64,000 nt of DNA from Diadema antillarum (taxonomy: Eukaryota), in NCBI RefSeq assembly GCF_040938485.1, contig NW_027271753.1:1922001-1986000 (forward strand), written 5' to 3'. Both the position numbers and the translations under genes were made by a program. Under the pieces are notes generated by a model that made no database searches, was not told where the DNA came from, and was given only the letters and a program-made list of their open reading frames with translations. This document shows positions 1-12,503 of this stretch, in pieces (positions within the stretch are counted from its first letter, which is position 1; every line of letters begins with the position of its first letter).

Positions 1-694
1 CTGTGTCATGAATACAACTCCCTGTGTCATGAATATGCATGTCTCAGTCAGACCTACGTTCAGTTTGCATATCTTCCTATAAGATGAGATAAAAGTTGAC
101 AGTTTACCCACGTAGCACGTGAAGGGAATGCTTTTGCAAAGATGACGTCACAATCGTGTGACATACAACGAGTTTTTCTACGTGTCATCAGATCCCCATG
201 CAGATATCTCCCCAGTACACACTGTATTGGGTTGTGACAATCTCTCCTACCCCTATCTTACTACCTAGCGCATTTCATTATTTGCGTGTATGATATTGCG
301 TATCTTTTTATTTCTTTTTTATTTCATGAAGTGCACATTAAAAAAAAAAGCTGCTGATAACTGCTTATCCAATAGTAGCGAGCCAAGAGCGTAGATTGGA
401 GTCAGAAGGACCTTGCTTGGGCGTCCGACGTTATCAGAATCTTTGTCAGAGGCAAAAATGACAAACATCAAAGGTCTCTGACGAAGCTTCTGCTAGGATC
501 AAATGCTCTACATGGCCCATGGAGGGTTCACCTCCCTGATTCTATTCATGAAGTTTTACATGTCAAAATTGCCAAGAATCAGTAAAGTACCAAATGTCAT
601 TTACTATCAGAGATCGCTTTTACTGTGTAAAATACCCGGTGTCACAACTGAATGACAAAGTGCATTTTATCGACGTAAATATGCACAGATTATT

Positions 695-3600
695 CAGGGG
701 CGTCACCAGCTTTTTTTCAAGGGGGGTGCGTTTTGACCCTAATGTAACGAGATTTTTTTTTTTTTTTTTTTTTTTTGGACAGACATTTGGAATATGGGAA
801 GCTCTCAATCCCAGACTTTTACAGTTGTTGAGGGAAACCAAGCGGGGAAAGGGCACCGGCGTAGCTAGGATTTCATCTTTTACAGTCCAAAAACTACCAT
901 TTGGAGCTATATTTTTTTCGCTTTGGAAATAAAGGGGGGAGGGCGCACCGGGCGCAGCTGCCTGCAATTACTGGCAGCAACATAAGGAGAAAGGCATAAC
1001 AATTAAATGCGAGCGAGCGCAGAGAGCGAGGTTGAATATTTTGACATTTTACAGTAAAAAAAAAAACCCTGCCGTTTGTTGCTATATTTTTTTGCTTTGG
1101 AAATAAAGGGAGGGGGCGCACCGGGCGGAACTGCTGGCAATTACTGGCAGCAACATCTGGTGAATTGCATAACGATTAAATGCCAGCGAGCTTGAAAATT
1201 TTACATTTTACAGTCCAAAAGCTGCCGTTCTTAGCCATATTTTTTCGCTTTGGAAATCAAGGGAGGGGGTCGCACCGGGCGGAACTGCTGGCAATTACTG
1301 GCAGCAACATCAGGTGAATTGCATAACGATTAAATGCGAGCGATCGAAGAGAGCGAGCTTGAAAATTTTACATTTTAAAGTCCAAAAACTGCCGTTCTTA
1401 ACCATATTTTCTCGCTTTGGAAATTAAGGGAGGGGGGTGCACCGGGCGGAACTGCTGGCAATTACTGGCAGCAACATCAGGTGAATTGCATAACGATTAA
1501 ATGCCAGCGAGCTTGAAAATTTTACATTTTACAGTCCAAAAACTGCCGTTCTTAGCCATATTTTTTCGCTTTGGAAATTAAGGGGGGGGTGGAGCGCATG
1601 CCACCGGGCGCAACTGCATGCTGGCAATTACTGGCAGGAACATCAGGTGAATTGCATAACGATTCAATGCGAGCGAGCGAAGAGAGCGAGCTTGAAAATT
1701 TTGACATTTTACAGTAGAAAAACTGCCGTTTGTAGCTATATTTTTCGCTTTGGAAATTAAGGGGGGGGGGCGCACCGGGCGCAACTGGACGATTACTGGC
1801 AGTATACATCAGGGGAATTGCATAAAGATTAAATGCGACCGAGCTTGAAAATTTTGACATTTTACAGTCCCCAAACTGCCGTTTGATGCTATATCTTTTT
1901 TTGCTTTCGAAATTGAGGGGGCGCACCGGGCGCAACTGCTGGCAATCACTGGCAGCAATATTAGGAGAATTTAAATGCGAGCGAGCGGAGCGAGCGAGCT
2001 TGAAAATTGTGACATTTTACAGTAGAAAAACTGCCGTTAGTAGCTATATTTTTTCGCTTTGGAAATTAAGGGGGGGGGTGCGCCGGGCGCAACTGCAGAC
2101 AATTACTGGCAGTAACATCAGGGGAATTGCATAAAGATTAAATGCGAGCGAGGGAAGAGGCAATTACTGGCACTGGCAGCAACATCAGGTGATTTGCATA
2201 ACGATTCAATGCGAGCGAGCGAAGAGAGCGAGCGAAGACAGCGAGCTTGACAATTTTGACATTTTACAGTAGAAAACTGCCGTTTGTAGCTATATTTTTT
2301 CGCATTCGAAATTAAGGGGGGGGGGCGCACCGGGCGGAACTGCTGGCAATTACTGGCAGCAACATCAGGTGAATTGCATAACGATTAAATGCGAGCGAGC
2401 TTGAAAATTTTACATTTTACAGTCCAAAAACTGCCGTTCTTAGCCATATTTTTTCGCTTTGGAAATTAAGGGGGGGGGGTGGAGCGCATGCCACCGGGCG
2501 CAACTGCATGCTGGCACATGCTGGCAATTACTGGCAGCAACATCAGGTGAATTGCATAACGATTCAATGCGAGCGAGCGAAGAGAGCGAGCTTGAAAATT
2601 TAGACATTTTACAGTAGAAAAACTGCCGTTTGTAGCTATATTTTTTCGCTTTGGAAATTAAGGGAAGGGGCGCACCGGGCGGAACTGCTGGCAATTACTG
2701 GCAGCAACATCAGGTGAATTGCATAACGATTAAATGCGAGCGAGCTTGACAATTTTGACATTTTACAGTCCAAAAACTGCCGTTCTTAGCCATATTTTCT
2801 CGCTTTGGAAATTAAGGGGGGGGGGTGGAGCGCATGCCACCGGGCGCAACTGCTGGCAATTACTGGCACTGGCAGCAACATCAGGTGATTTGCATAACGA
2901 TTCAATGCGAGCGAGCGAAGAGAGCGAGCGAAGAGAGCGAGCTTGAAAATTTTGCCATTTTACAGTAGAAAAACTGCCGTTTGTAGCTATATTTTTTCGC
3001 TTTCGAAATTAAGGGGGGCGCACCGGGCGCAACTGCAGACAATTACTGGCAGTAACATCAGGCGAATTGCATAAAGATTAAATGCGAGCGAGCGAAGAGA
3101 GCGAGCTTGAAAATTTAACATTTTACAGTCCAAAAACTGCCGTTCTTAGCCATAGTTTTTTCGCTTTGGAAATTAAGGGATGGGGCGCACCGGGCGGAAC
3201 TGCTGGCAATTATTGGAAGCAATATCAGGTGAATTGCATAACGATTAAATGCGAGCGAGCTTTACAGATTTTACAGTCCCAAAACTGCCGTTCCTAGCCA
3301 TATCTTTTCGCTTTGGAAATTAAGGAGGGGGGTGGAGCGCATGCCACCGGGCGCAACTGCTGTCAATTACTGGCAGCAACATCAGGTGAATTGCATAACG
3401 ATTCAATGCGAGCGAGCGAAGAGAGCGAGCTTGAAAATTTTGACATTTTACACTAGAAAAACTGCTATTTGTAGCTATATTTTTTCGCTTTGGAAATTAA
3501 GGGGGGGGGGGGGTACCGGGCGCAACTGGACGATTACTGGCAGTATACATCAGGGGAATTGCATAAAGATTAAGTGCGACCGAGCTTGAAAATTTTGACA

Positions 3601-4419
3601 TTTTACAGTCCCCAAACTGCCGTTTGATGCTATATCTTTTTTTTGCTTTCGAAATTGAGGGGGCGCACCGGGCGCAACTGCTGGCAATCACTGGCAGCAA
3701 TATTAGGAGAATTTAAATGCGAGCGAGCGGAGCGAGCGAGCTTGAAAATTGTGACATTTTACAGTCCCCCAACTGTCGTTTGTAGCTATATTTGTCGCAG
3801 TAAGGGGGGGGGGGGGGCGCACCGGGTGGAACTGCCGGCAATTACTGGCAGCAACTTCAGGAGAATGACATTACGACTAAATGCCAGCGAGCGAGCTTGA
3901 AAATTTTGACATTTTACAGTCCAAAAACTGCCGTTTGTAGCTATACTTTTTCGCTTTGGAAATTAAGAGGGGGCGGGGGGGGGGGGGACGCCCGGTGCGC
4001 CCCTCCCCCTGGATCCGCCACTGGTAGTCAAGGGTGTCGGTTTATGTTCATGACTGGGGGAGGTATGACCAGCGAGGTGGCGTCGAAGTGACCAAGTATG
4101 GGAAGGATGTCCAAAATCTATTTATATAGTCAACACTGTATAGAATACACTTGCACTAGTAGATAATTATGTATAAAATCAGTGCTGCCAGAACCAGGGG
4201 TGCGAATTGCTTTTGCCCACGATTTTTTTTTTGTCCCCGATGCAAAATTTCAAAAAAATAAATAAATAGATAAAAAATACAGTGTAATAATCATTTAGTG
4301 TCCGGCGTTGAGGTCGCTCGCAGACTGAAGGTTTTTTTTTCTTTTTTTCTTTTTTTTTTTTTTAGGGTCTGAAGGGGGGTGCGTTCGCACCCAACGCACC
4401 CCCCCTGGTGACGCCCATG
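695..4419. mobile_element. Non-autonomous TIR DNA transposon (3.7 kb) with 5-bp TSD, carrying a satellite array
   Basis: Left end CAGGGGCGTCACCAG (695-709) and right end CTGGTGACGCCCATG (4405-4419) are inverted repeats (14/15 match). Subterminal GGGGGGTGCGTT / AACGCACCCCCC also pair. TTATT flanks both sides (690-694, 4420-4424). No transposase ORF. Confidence 0.85.
878..3990. repeat. Tandem satellite array, about 18 units of ~150-190 bp
   Basis: Recurring unit AAATTAAG(G)n-GCGCACCGGGCGCAACTGCTGGCAATTACTGGCAGCAACATCAGGTGAATTGCATAACGATTAAATGCGAGCGAGC-TTGAAAATTTTGACATTTTACAGT-AAAACTGCCGTT-TTTTTCGCTTTGG. Length varies through the G-run and GCGAGC-motif copy number. Confidence 0.97.
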
Positions 4420-4490
4420 TTATTCAGTGTTTTAGTTCATAGTAGCCATGACAGAAATTGTGGGCGTACACACTTGGCATACATAATTAG

Positions 4491-4569
4491 TACCATGTTG
4501 GACTCGAACCAACCAATCTCTTGATTACTAGACAGGCGTCGCATCCAGAGTGACTACTTAGCTTCCGCC
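4491..4569 (-). pseudogene. tRNA-Thr(AGT)-like degenerate sequence / SINE head
   Basis: Minus strand reads GCGACGCCTGTCTAGTAATCAAGAGATTGGTTGGTTCGAGTCCAACATGG. This has a Thr(AGT)-like anticodon arm and an intact T-arm GTTGG-TTCGAGT-CCAAC with a B box. The acceptor stem and D arm do not pair. Confidence 0.6.
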
Positions 4570-7500
4570 CGACAATTAGTGCTGGCTCTTATCCTCCATT
4601 TAGCAGCAGGTATATACTACGTATGAATTCTTGGATCGAAATCATGCATTTGTAATTAAAATAGCGGGAGGCAAGAATTCATGAATCTGAATGCTGGATG
4701 TACATTTAGCGCATAATGCTACTAATAGTGGAAATCAGTTCAGCGGCAGAAAATGATGGCACCCAACCCGCTATTCGATGTGGGGAATTCATGTCAATTT
4801 AATCCCAATCTCAATGGTCAGTAAACATGATTAGTTGGGATTTTGCTGAGAGTCCTTGCCAAAAGTTTGAATATTGCAACTGATTGACAAAGTGCCCTTC
4901 ATCGACGTTAAATAAACACGGAAGATTCAGTGCTAGCCATTACAAAAAGTTTCCATATTGATGGCGTAGTTTCAGTTTATTTCCCCGCCAATAAATTCCT
5001 CGTTTCATTTTAATGCAGCTCAGTCGTCGCTGTTTTGGTTTCTGCATGGGTTTATCAGGCATCGCGTGTATGCATGTATGTGCGGGGTTTTTTTTCCTTC
5101 CTTATGTCTTTTCTTACTTTTTTGTGGGTCGAATTCTTTTAGCCCTGACACGTCTCAAGTATAATGATCACAAAGCGTGAAGCGTAATGCCTGGTGCCAA
5201 ACAATGAACATTTTGTCAAGATCTATGGCCTTTATTGACTCAATCAAGGTGGGTGGAGGGTAGAGAAGTCAGAGATTTGAATTGAAGTAATTTTTGATCG
5301 ATCTTAACACCAGTCATCCGTGACTACTACCCCATCGACTGTTACGCATATGATGTGCAGGCGAAATGATGCTATAGTATTTGAAGTGTATTATGCTGAT
5401 CTGTCTGAGTGTTCTTGAGAAGAATCTATGAATAGAATATGACCGTGTTTTGTTTTGTTTGGTTTGTTTATTTGTTTTTTATTTCTCTTGCTGGAGACTT
5501 TTTAATTACCTTTGCTTCTCCTATCTTCTGTTATTCTCTTCGAGTTCTACTCTGATTTCTGTCTTCATTGTGTACATCCTCCTATCTTTCTATCTGTCTC
5601 TTGCAATAACAAAACCACTTATGTATGTAGGCTGCTTCTGATCAATTGAGTGATAAGCAGAATGAATGATGTAGTGGCACATGGGCGTAAGTCCGAGAGG
5701 AACATGGGAATATCTCCAACTCCGTGACGCCGTGAAATAAACGTCAATAGTGAAACATTCAAGTGCATGTATGTGTTCTGTTCAAGCCCTACACAAAGGC
5801 TTATCCATAGGGTCGGTTGGAGCAAGTATAGCTCCATGGTTTCGAGCATGTACTGTATATAGGTAGGGGAGGCTAAACTGTTTGAATGGACGGTTTTATC
5901 GAATAAGCGGTAATTTGACCAATTGAATTACCTATTATCTTGTTACAAACCGTAACGAGCGCTGGAGCCAGTATACCCAGTGCACCTTTGCCAATTTTGG
6001 CAGCGGGTCAAACTGGAGATTCAGGATTTGAGCTTTATGCTTTGCCATCTGTTGTACATAGTGGCGAATTGGCCAGAACAAATTATAATATGGGGCACTG
6101 TAAATTATATATGGAGTGTGATATTTGCCGAATAAGATGCAGACGTAGCTGATAGTCAGAAATGATAAACTGAAGGAAAAATAAAAAAAAAATGTACGAG
6201 AACTTTCTAAGTTTGTAGTTTAATCCGGGATACGGCAAATTCATCAAACTAATATTGATCAAAATGAGTGATGAGCGAAACACCGCAGGATCTTTTATTT
6301 CGCCAATCTACCTTTATTGTTTATACTTTTTATATTTATACCGCAAGTTACATACAAAATGACTTACAGCTAATTACAATCAGCTTCATTGGTTATCTGT
6401 CTTTACGTACAGTGACAATTCCATTTCTCGATTCCAGTCTCGCACACAAGCTGTGGTATGGATGGACGGAATCAATGGCTACAAACCTTTCATTCTTTCG
6501 ATATTCATTTTACGTTGAAAGTGAGAGCGACAGATTATTGAAGGAAGTGGACTTTTGATGCCTTATTTCTTTTCGTAACAGTTTGTGTTGGTGTTGACCA
6601 CGATAGCGTTTTCCTCTCTTCTGGTCCCGGTCTTTTACCATTGTCGAGAAATTGTTTGGAAGTGATGATAAACAAGCCGAACCGAAAATGATACGGCAGT
6701 TCGGTTACTGTCGATTAGTATTTATGTGTTTGCTTTAAAATACTGTACTGGTATGAGATGTACATTTCCTCATTATTCAGAGGACGCTCGAAATCACAAA
6801 ACGATGAATTTGCTGTAACCACTTCAGCACCGTTTCTTTACAGAAGACGTGATATTACAAAAGCGTTTCCCCAAGCCTGTCTTTTTTATTTTATGCTTTC
6901 TATTAGACTATAGATCAGTTTTGCACTAACAACAACAGCAAAAAAAAAAAAACGTTTCTTTGACTTTCTTATTTCCTTTGAATTGTAAAATAGAGATGTT
7001 CCATGTACATTGAATAAAAATATCCCTTTTCATGAAAATTCTGCGTAAAGACTGACATTTTCAAAACGCTAAATGTATTGCCGTATAGCAGTTACGTGAC
7101 TTACCGCAGCTCTCCCATGACTAGTTCGTAGCAAGCGTCACTTTCTTTTCAAAGGAAAATATTCCCTTGCACTGGAGTTATGACGTTATTGTATCTCAAC
7201 CGGCTTTGTAGAGAGAGAAAAATCAACGCATTTAACATATGAAACTAAGAAAAATGTGATCATTAGTATTGGTCGCTGTATCGCACTTGTTTTACGAAGA
7301 ATATGAAGAGTTTTTATGAATCAGAAGTTCCAAATTCATTTTCGACATCTATGGGCTGATAAAAAAACCACATAAATGATCACGTAAACAAAGACAGTTT
7401 TTCTTCTAGCGACTATTAGGACACCATCCAAAGTTATGTATAATGACATTTTAACAATTTTAGGATTTTAACGATTTGTCTGATCTCTATTGCTTTGTCG

Positions 7501-7779
7501 ATCTACTTTGAACTCAAAATAAACACGACTTTACTTTGAATACATGCATGGTAATTGATACACGACACCACTTAGTTATCTTGATTTTGAGTTTTCAAGG
7601 AGTATTAATAAATCATTTTACACGTGGCCGCTTATGAAGCAGTGCCATGTTTGTAGACAAGCAACCACAGGACCAACAGCCTCAAGTCCCCCCTACCCCT
7701 CCCCACCCTATCCCGAATGACTTGGCTATGATGATAAAGAACCTTTAATTGCGTAGGAGTACAATCGCTTCTGGAAGGG

Positions 7780-7850
7780 GGTATAGGTTCGAACCAAGGG
7801 TCTCACGATTGAGAAGATAAAATCTGGCCTTATCCACTGAGCTACAACAG
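7780..7850 (-). mobile_element. tRNA-derived SINE head / tRNA pseudogene fragment
   Basis: Minus-strand A box TAGCTCAGTGG (7834-7844) and B box GGTTCGAACC (7786-7795) at tRNA-like spacing. No closed cloverleaf. Confidence 0.5.
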
Positions 7851-8563
7851 AGAATACCTGGACCACAACGGAAGGAAATTCATACAAAATCTTACTTGTT
7901 TGCTGGGAAAAAGAATCACGGTTAAGAGGTAAACGAATGGTGGGCATTGTCATTGTCCCTAATTTCTTAACCTGGGGACCAATGCTGACTTCATGTATAG
8001 GCCTACCTGCGTGATTTCACTCCACGTCACAAATGCCATCTTCGCGTCGACGAAAAGTTGTTAGTACTCTTCCGCCTTTATACTAGTTCGAATCATCAAA
8101 GTCGCCGGATTATACCATAGCAATGTCGGAGATGTCAAATTAATTTATTCAATCATCCATTCATTCATTCATTCATTTTATTTTCATTTTCATTTCCAAA
8201 CGATAAACATGTATTGCAAACAACGAAATAATAATTTATTTCATGTATGATAACATGATATCATAATTTATTATATAGAAGCATACCTTGTTTCATAAAA
8301 GACTGGAAGTGAAAATTTAGGGGTAAAATTAATGTTTAGTTGAATTAACCCATTGTGATGACTGGAAATAATATTAATGACAGGATCTCAGATTTTAAAA
8401 TATAACGGCAACGGGGAAACAGCAAATGCACGCATACTTGACCCAAATTTCACGCCAAATGGGAAAGGATTTTGTTTTGTTTGTTTTGTTTTTCATTTTA
8501 AATGGTAAGGAATTTTTAAGGAACTGATTGAAAAAAGAATGCAGTTCCCAATGGTCCACATGT

Positions 8564-8970
8564 ACTTCCGGTCGAATACCATGACTCTGTACTTTCAAAT
8601 AGTTGTATAACAATAAAACGACAATGGTATAAACAATTAAACAATACGTTTTCGTGACGTCACAACGTAAACAATGCAGTGACAACCTTATGTTGACACC
8701 GACGCCAACAAGGAAGGTAAACACAGCATAACACATGGATCGCACGTATCTCTGACACGCTCTACCGATCAATTGACGTCAGTGTATTCATCGCACTATC
8801 CAGGTCACAAGTCACGTGACCGATTATCTCTTTGTGTCGGCGAAGTTTCCAGGGTCTTCTCGTCGTTTCGTTCAACAAGTGTTGATTTGTTGAGCTTGCC
8901 ATTGCTATGGAGCGTCGGCGGACCGACTGAACCTTCTATATTTGGTTATTCGATCTTGCTCCAAAATTGG
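8564..8970. promoter_or_regulatory. Candidate enhancer: ETS + 2 CRE + E-box + CArG cluster
   Basis: ACTTCCGGT (8564-8572), TGACGTCA (8655-8662 and 8774-8781), GTCACGTGAC (8811-8820), CCAAAATTGG (8961-8970). Lies ~5.5 kb upstream of the fos TATA box. Confidence 0.5.
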
Positions 8971-11900
8971 AGAATACGGGTTATTCGCTCGTGACATTAT
9001 TATCATGCATTCATAGACATTATGCACTCCACTCGACAAAAAAAAAAAAGCACAACTGTTTAATGTGACTATATGCAACTCTCGAATGTTTTGTGTTTAG
9101 CCAATGCAACGATTTCTGTTCCGCACGTCCATGAATAGAATATGTCGTAATGTAGCTGAAAATTTACTATGACCCTAATCTCAATTTTTAAATGTCAAGA
9201 TTACGGTAATAATCAGAAGGTGCTTCCATTCTTCTGAGTTCCCCAACAGTGTAAGTACGCAGTTTAATGAGGGGTCATGCCCATCTAAATGTTGCGATGC
9301 ATGGTACGTCCTGGAAAGCTCCTGCCTAGGCAAACTAAGGGAAAGCTTGTTGTACCTCCTTTGGCAAAAACACCTACTCCCTACATAATATTATTGAAAT
9401 GGTAACATTACATAAAATTCGCAAATAGTAATGTGCGCTGGTGAAGGAGTTCAAGTGTATAAAACGCTATAAAGTGATTGTGATGAATTACCGCCTATCT
9501 AACTAAAGTAAAACAAAAAATGCACAGATATATGGAACATATATACATGAAGGAGATAAACCTCTAGACAGTGATATCATTAAATGCACTCTCGATGTGA
9601 CTAGAATACATAAAATACTGCACTGCATACGTCAAACCAATGAGTGCGTAACACCTCCTTTTTTAAACTTTGTATGCTGGACAGCGTATATGGCTATGTT
9701 CAGTACATGATCCCTTTTGTTTACAAACGCTATACAAACACTCCTGGCGCCACAAATTTCCGTGTACAAGGTATACGGTACAGGGTTCACTATCAGCAGA
9801 ACGACCCGGAAGTTGCGGTAACCACAAACAAGCTATCCCTCTCAATCTTTTGTTTGACGTCCCAGAAGTTGTGATATCCTTCCGTTTTTTAGTCCGTCCA
9901 CTCCTGATACTACCACAAGTGGTTTTTACTGGTTGTCCATGACCCGAAAACATCGAGATCTGTTGCATGTCGTTAGAAGTGGTTTGTTTTTTGTTTTGTT
10001 TTGTTTTTGGGGTGGGGTTTATATCAACTCATTTATTGGCAGCTAAACCCTACAGCTTGCAGACAAGTTCGACATTATGAAGTTGGCTACGTAATGTGAC
10101 AAGAGCAGTTTCTTTCTCATTGTTTATTTTATTCCATTTATTGATTCTCCGCAAATTACATTCTCTACATGCACTGATTTTCATACACATCAAACAAAAG
10201 TAGCAATAATCAAGAAAATCCTATGAATACATAACAGAATGAACCTTGAATCGCATAATACGTCACCTTGCAACCACAGGAAAATATTTAATCAATCCAA
10301 TACAGTATGTCATGTTCATATTTAGAATTGCAGTTGTGGTTCCCCCAAACACTAATTGTGTGGGGGAACCTATAGAAAAACAAATGCTTGTTGGAGTGGG
10401 TCCCCAGAAAATAAGACATTTGAGACACATCTAACCATGCAAACGCACTCAGCTGCACGCACGCAAGTACGCAAAGACCAATACAAATCAGGGGAAAAAA
10501 AAAAGAAAAGGAAAGAAGAGAATTAAGAACACCGACAAGACCTTACGTAAATAACATGAAATTAGAAAGGGAAAGTTATATCATGGACCTACAGCTCCAT
10601 GTCTATACTATGTAGCCAAGAGGAATTTTATTTCCGCATTTTTTTTAGATCATTATCATCAACCTTGTCAAGAGCTCTCTAGCTTTCGTGGTCGCAATGT
10701 ATCAAGGTACTTTTCGTTGCTATCTTGCTGTTATTACATTGTTATCATTTTCATAGTAACTACAGTTGTACCATGATGATTTTAGCACTAAATTGCTAAT
10801 ATCTTCAGCAGCGATATTTTTTTGGACAACCACTGTCACACACGAAATAACAGACTTACTTCTCCCTGTTTCTTCTGCATCCCTGACACTGATATTACTC
10901 CACAAAATCTACTCTGTAACTATCCACACTCTTCGTCAACATAACAGTCACTCAGGTTCATTAGTCTCACAATATCAGCCTTGTTACAGCCTTCGTTTTG
11001 AGTCTTTTCATCAAAGTACCGAACAAACAAACATGAATAAACATGTCGTTTGTCAACTCGTTCATCACAATTTGACATAAAAAGCTACAATTGAAGCTGT
11101 AATGGGTGTCATATATCCTTATTTAGTGAAACGTTTAATTTGTCGAGAACTCTACATTGCATTATACCTTCCTTTTTCCAAGGACCAACTTCAGAAATAT
11201 CCGTTATTGATGGCATGAACATACCCAACAGTGGATGAAAATATTATGAAATTCATGAATCAACTCTTAAATAATAGCTCTTTTTTTCTTTTTCATTCAC
11301 TGTGACTGAGCGTCCGAAACGGTTTCATGAGAGCCTCAGACGAGATGTCAACATAACTGTGCTAGAAGTGATGTCATTGGTTTTGATTGAGTTTTGGGTT
11401 TGCTTTCGTTGTTATTTGATTCTTCTCAACGTCATTGCTGGGGTTCAAATTACGATCTCATTCACGGCACATGACAGATGGCACAATAATGTGAACTTAC
11501 TACTTACAAACAAAACAAAACAAAACTAAACCAAAACAAAACCACATGGGAATCTTTATGTCATTCGTCCAAGATGCATCTCTCTCAATGAGATCCAGAA
11601 AACGCCACTAGTTATCGGAATATACAAATAAAATCATTTGTTCAGAATATTAACCCTTTCTGCACTATAGGGACTTATGGACAGTGTGTACAATGCTACG
11701 TGCCCATCAGCACCCAAAGCAACAAAAGGGTTAAACACGAAACTGGCACCTGAGGATTGAATCATACCCTAAAGTCACTAAGGTATAATTACTGGGTTTT
11801 TTTTAGCTTAAGAAACTCAAAAAACAGTATAATTATTACTTTGAAGTCATTCATGTGGTAGAATGGGAAAGTCATGTAATTGTTAAATTCTGTATTTGTA

Positions 11901-12365
11901 TTTCCACAACAAAGATATCGGTCACGATCATAATTTATACATGCAAATTTGACGACGTAATGTTATCATCTCCTCTCAAATCGTTTCCACATCCATCTTT
12001 ATTAAATCTCCTCCCCAACACGATTTCAACGAGAAGAAACTACAAATAATTTCCTCCGGATACTGTCAGACTGTTCTCGTGTTGCAACGGTTAAGCAACT
12101 GTGACTCTGTAAAGAAGAGAAGTATACTGACTGAATTGGTATAAAGATATTTCATTTGAATGATATTCTATTCACAAGCCAAACTAATGCAGTGATGACA
12201 TCATGGCCTTATCTAATTTGCATAATTTATGTGATTCTGATTGATATTCCTATTTCGCTATTTTACAATACACTTCTAACCTGCATGTTATTATCTGGTG
12301 TTTTCAATCCTCTTTATGTCTGCAAACATTACAATAATCACACTCTGTCACGTGTGTGCATGGGT

Positions 12366-12503
12366 TATAAGAATATAAGAATATAAGGATATAAGAATAT
12401 AAGTATATAAGTATATAAGAATATAAGAATTATAAGAATATAAGAATACAAGAATACAAGAATATAAGAATATAAGAATTATAAGTATATAAGAATATAA
12501 GAA
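12366..12503. repeat. Minisatellite of (TATAAGAA)-type 8-9-bp units
   Basis: About 16 imperfect ATAAGAAT/ATAAGTAT/ACAAGAAT units in tandem. Confidence 0.9.

Noticed and set aside
379-585. 68-codon open frame without ATG (RAKSVDWSQKDLAW...KNQ*)
   Set aside because: Weak acceptor and no recognisable homology; cannot be supported without the upstream window.
878-3990. CRISPR-like array
   Set aside because: Whole monomers repeat with no unique spacers, the context is eukaryotic and there are no cas genes.
594-4091. Numerous 60-130-aa ORFs on both strands
   Set aside because: They are translations of the satellite monomer and homopolymer runs, with no domain similarity.
4491-7850. Functional tRNA genes at 4491-4569 and 7780-7850
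   Set aside because: Neither closes an acceptor stem; treated as tRNA-derived relics.
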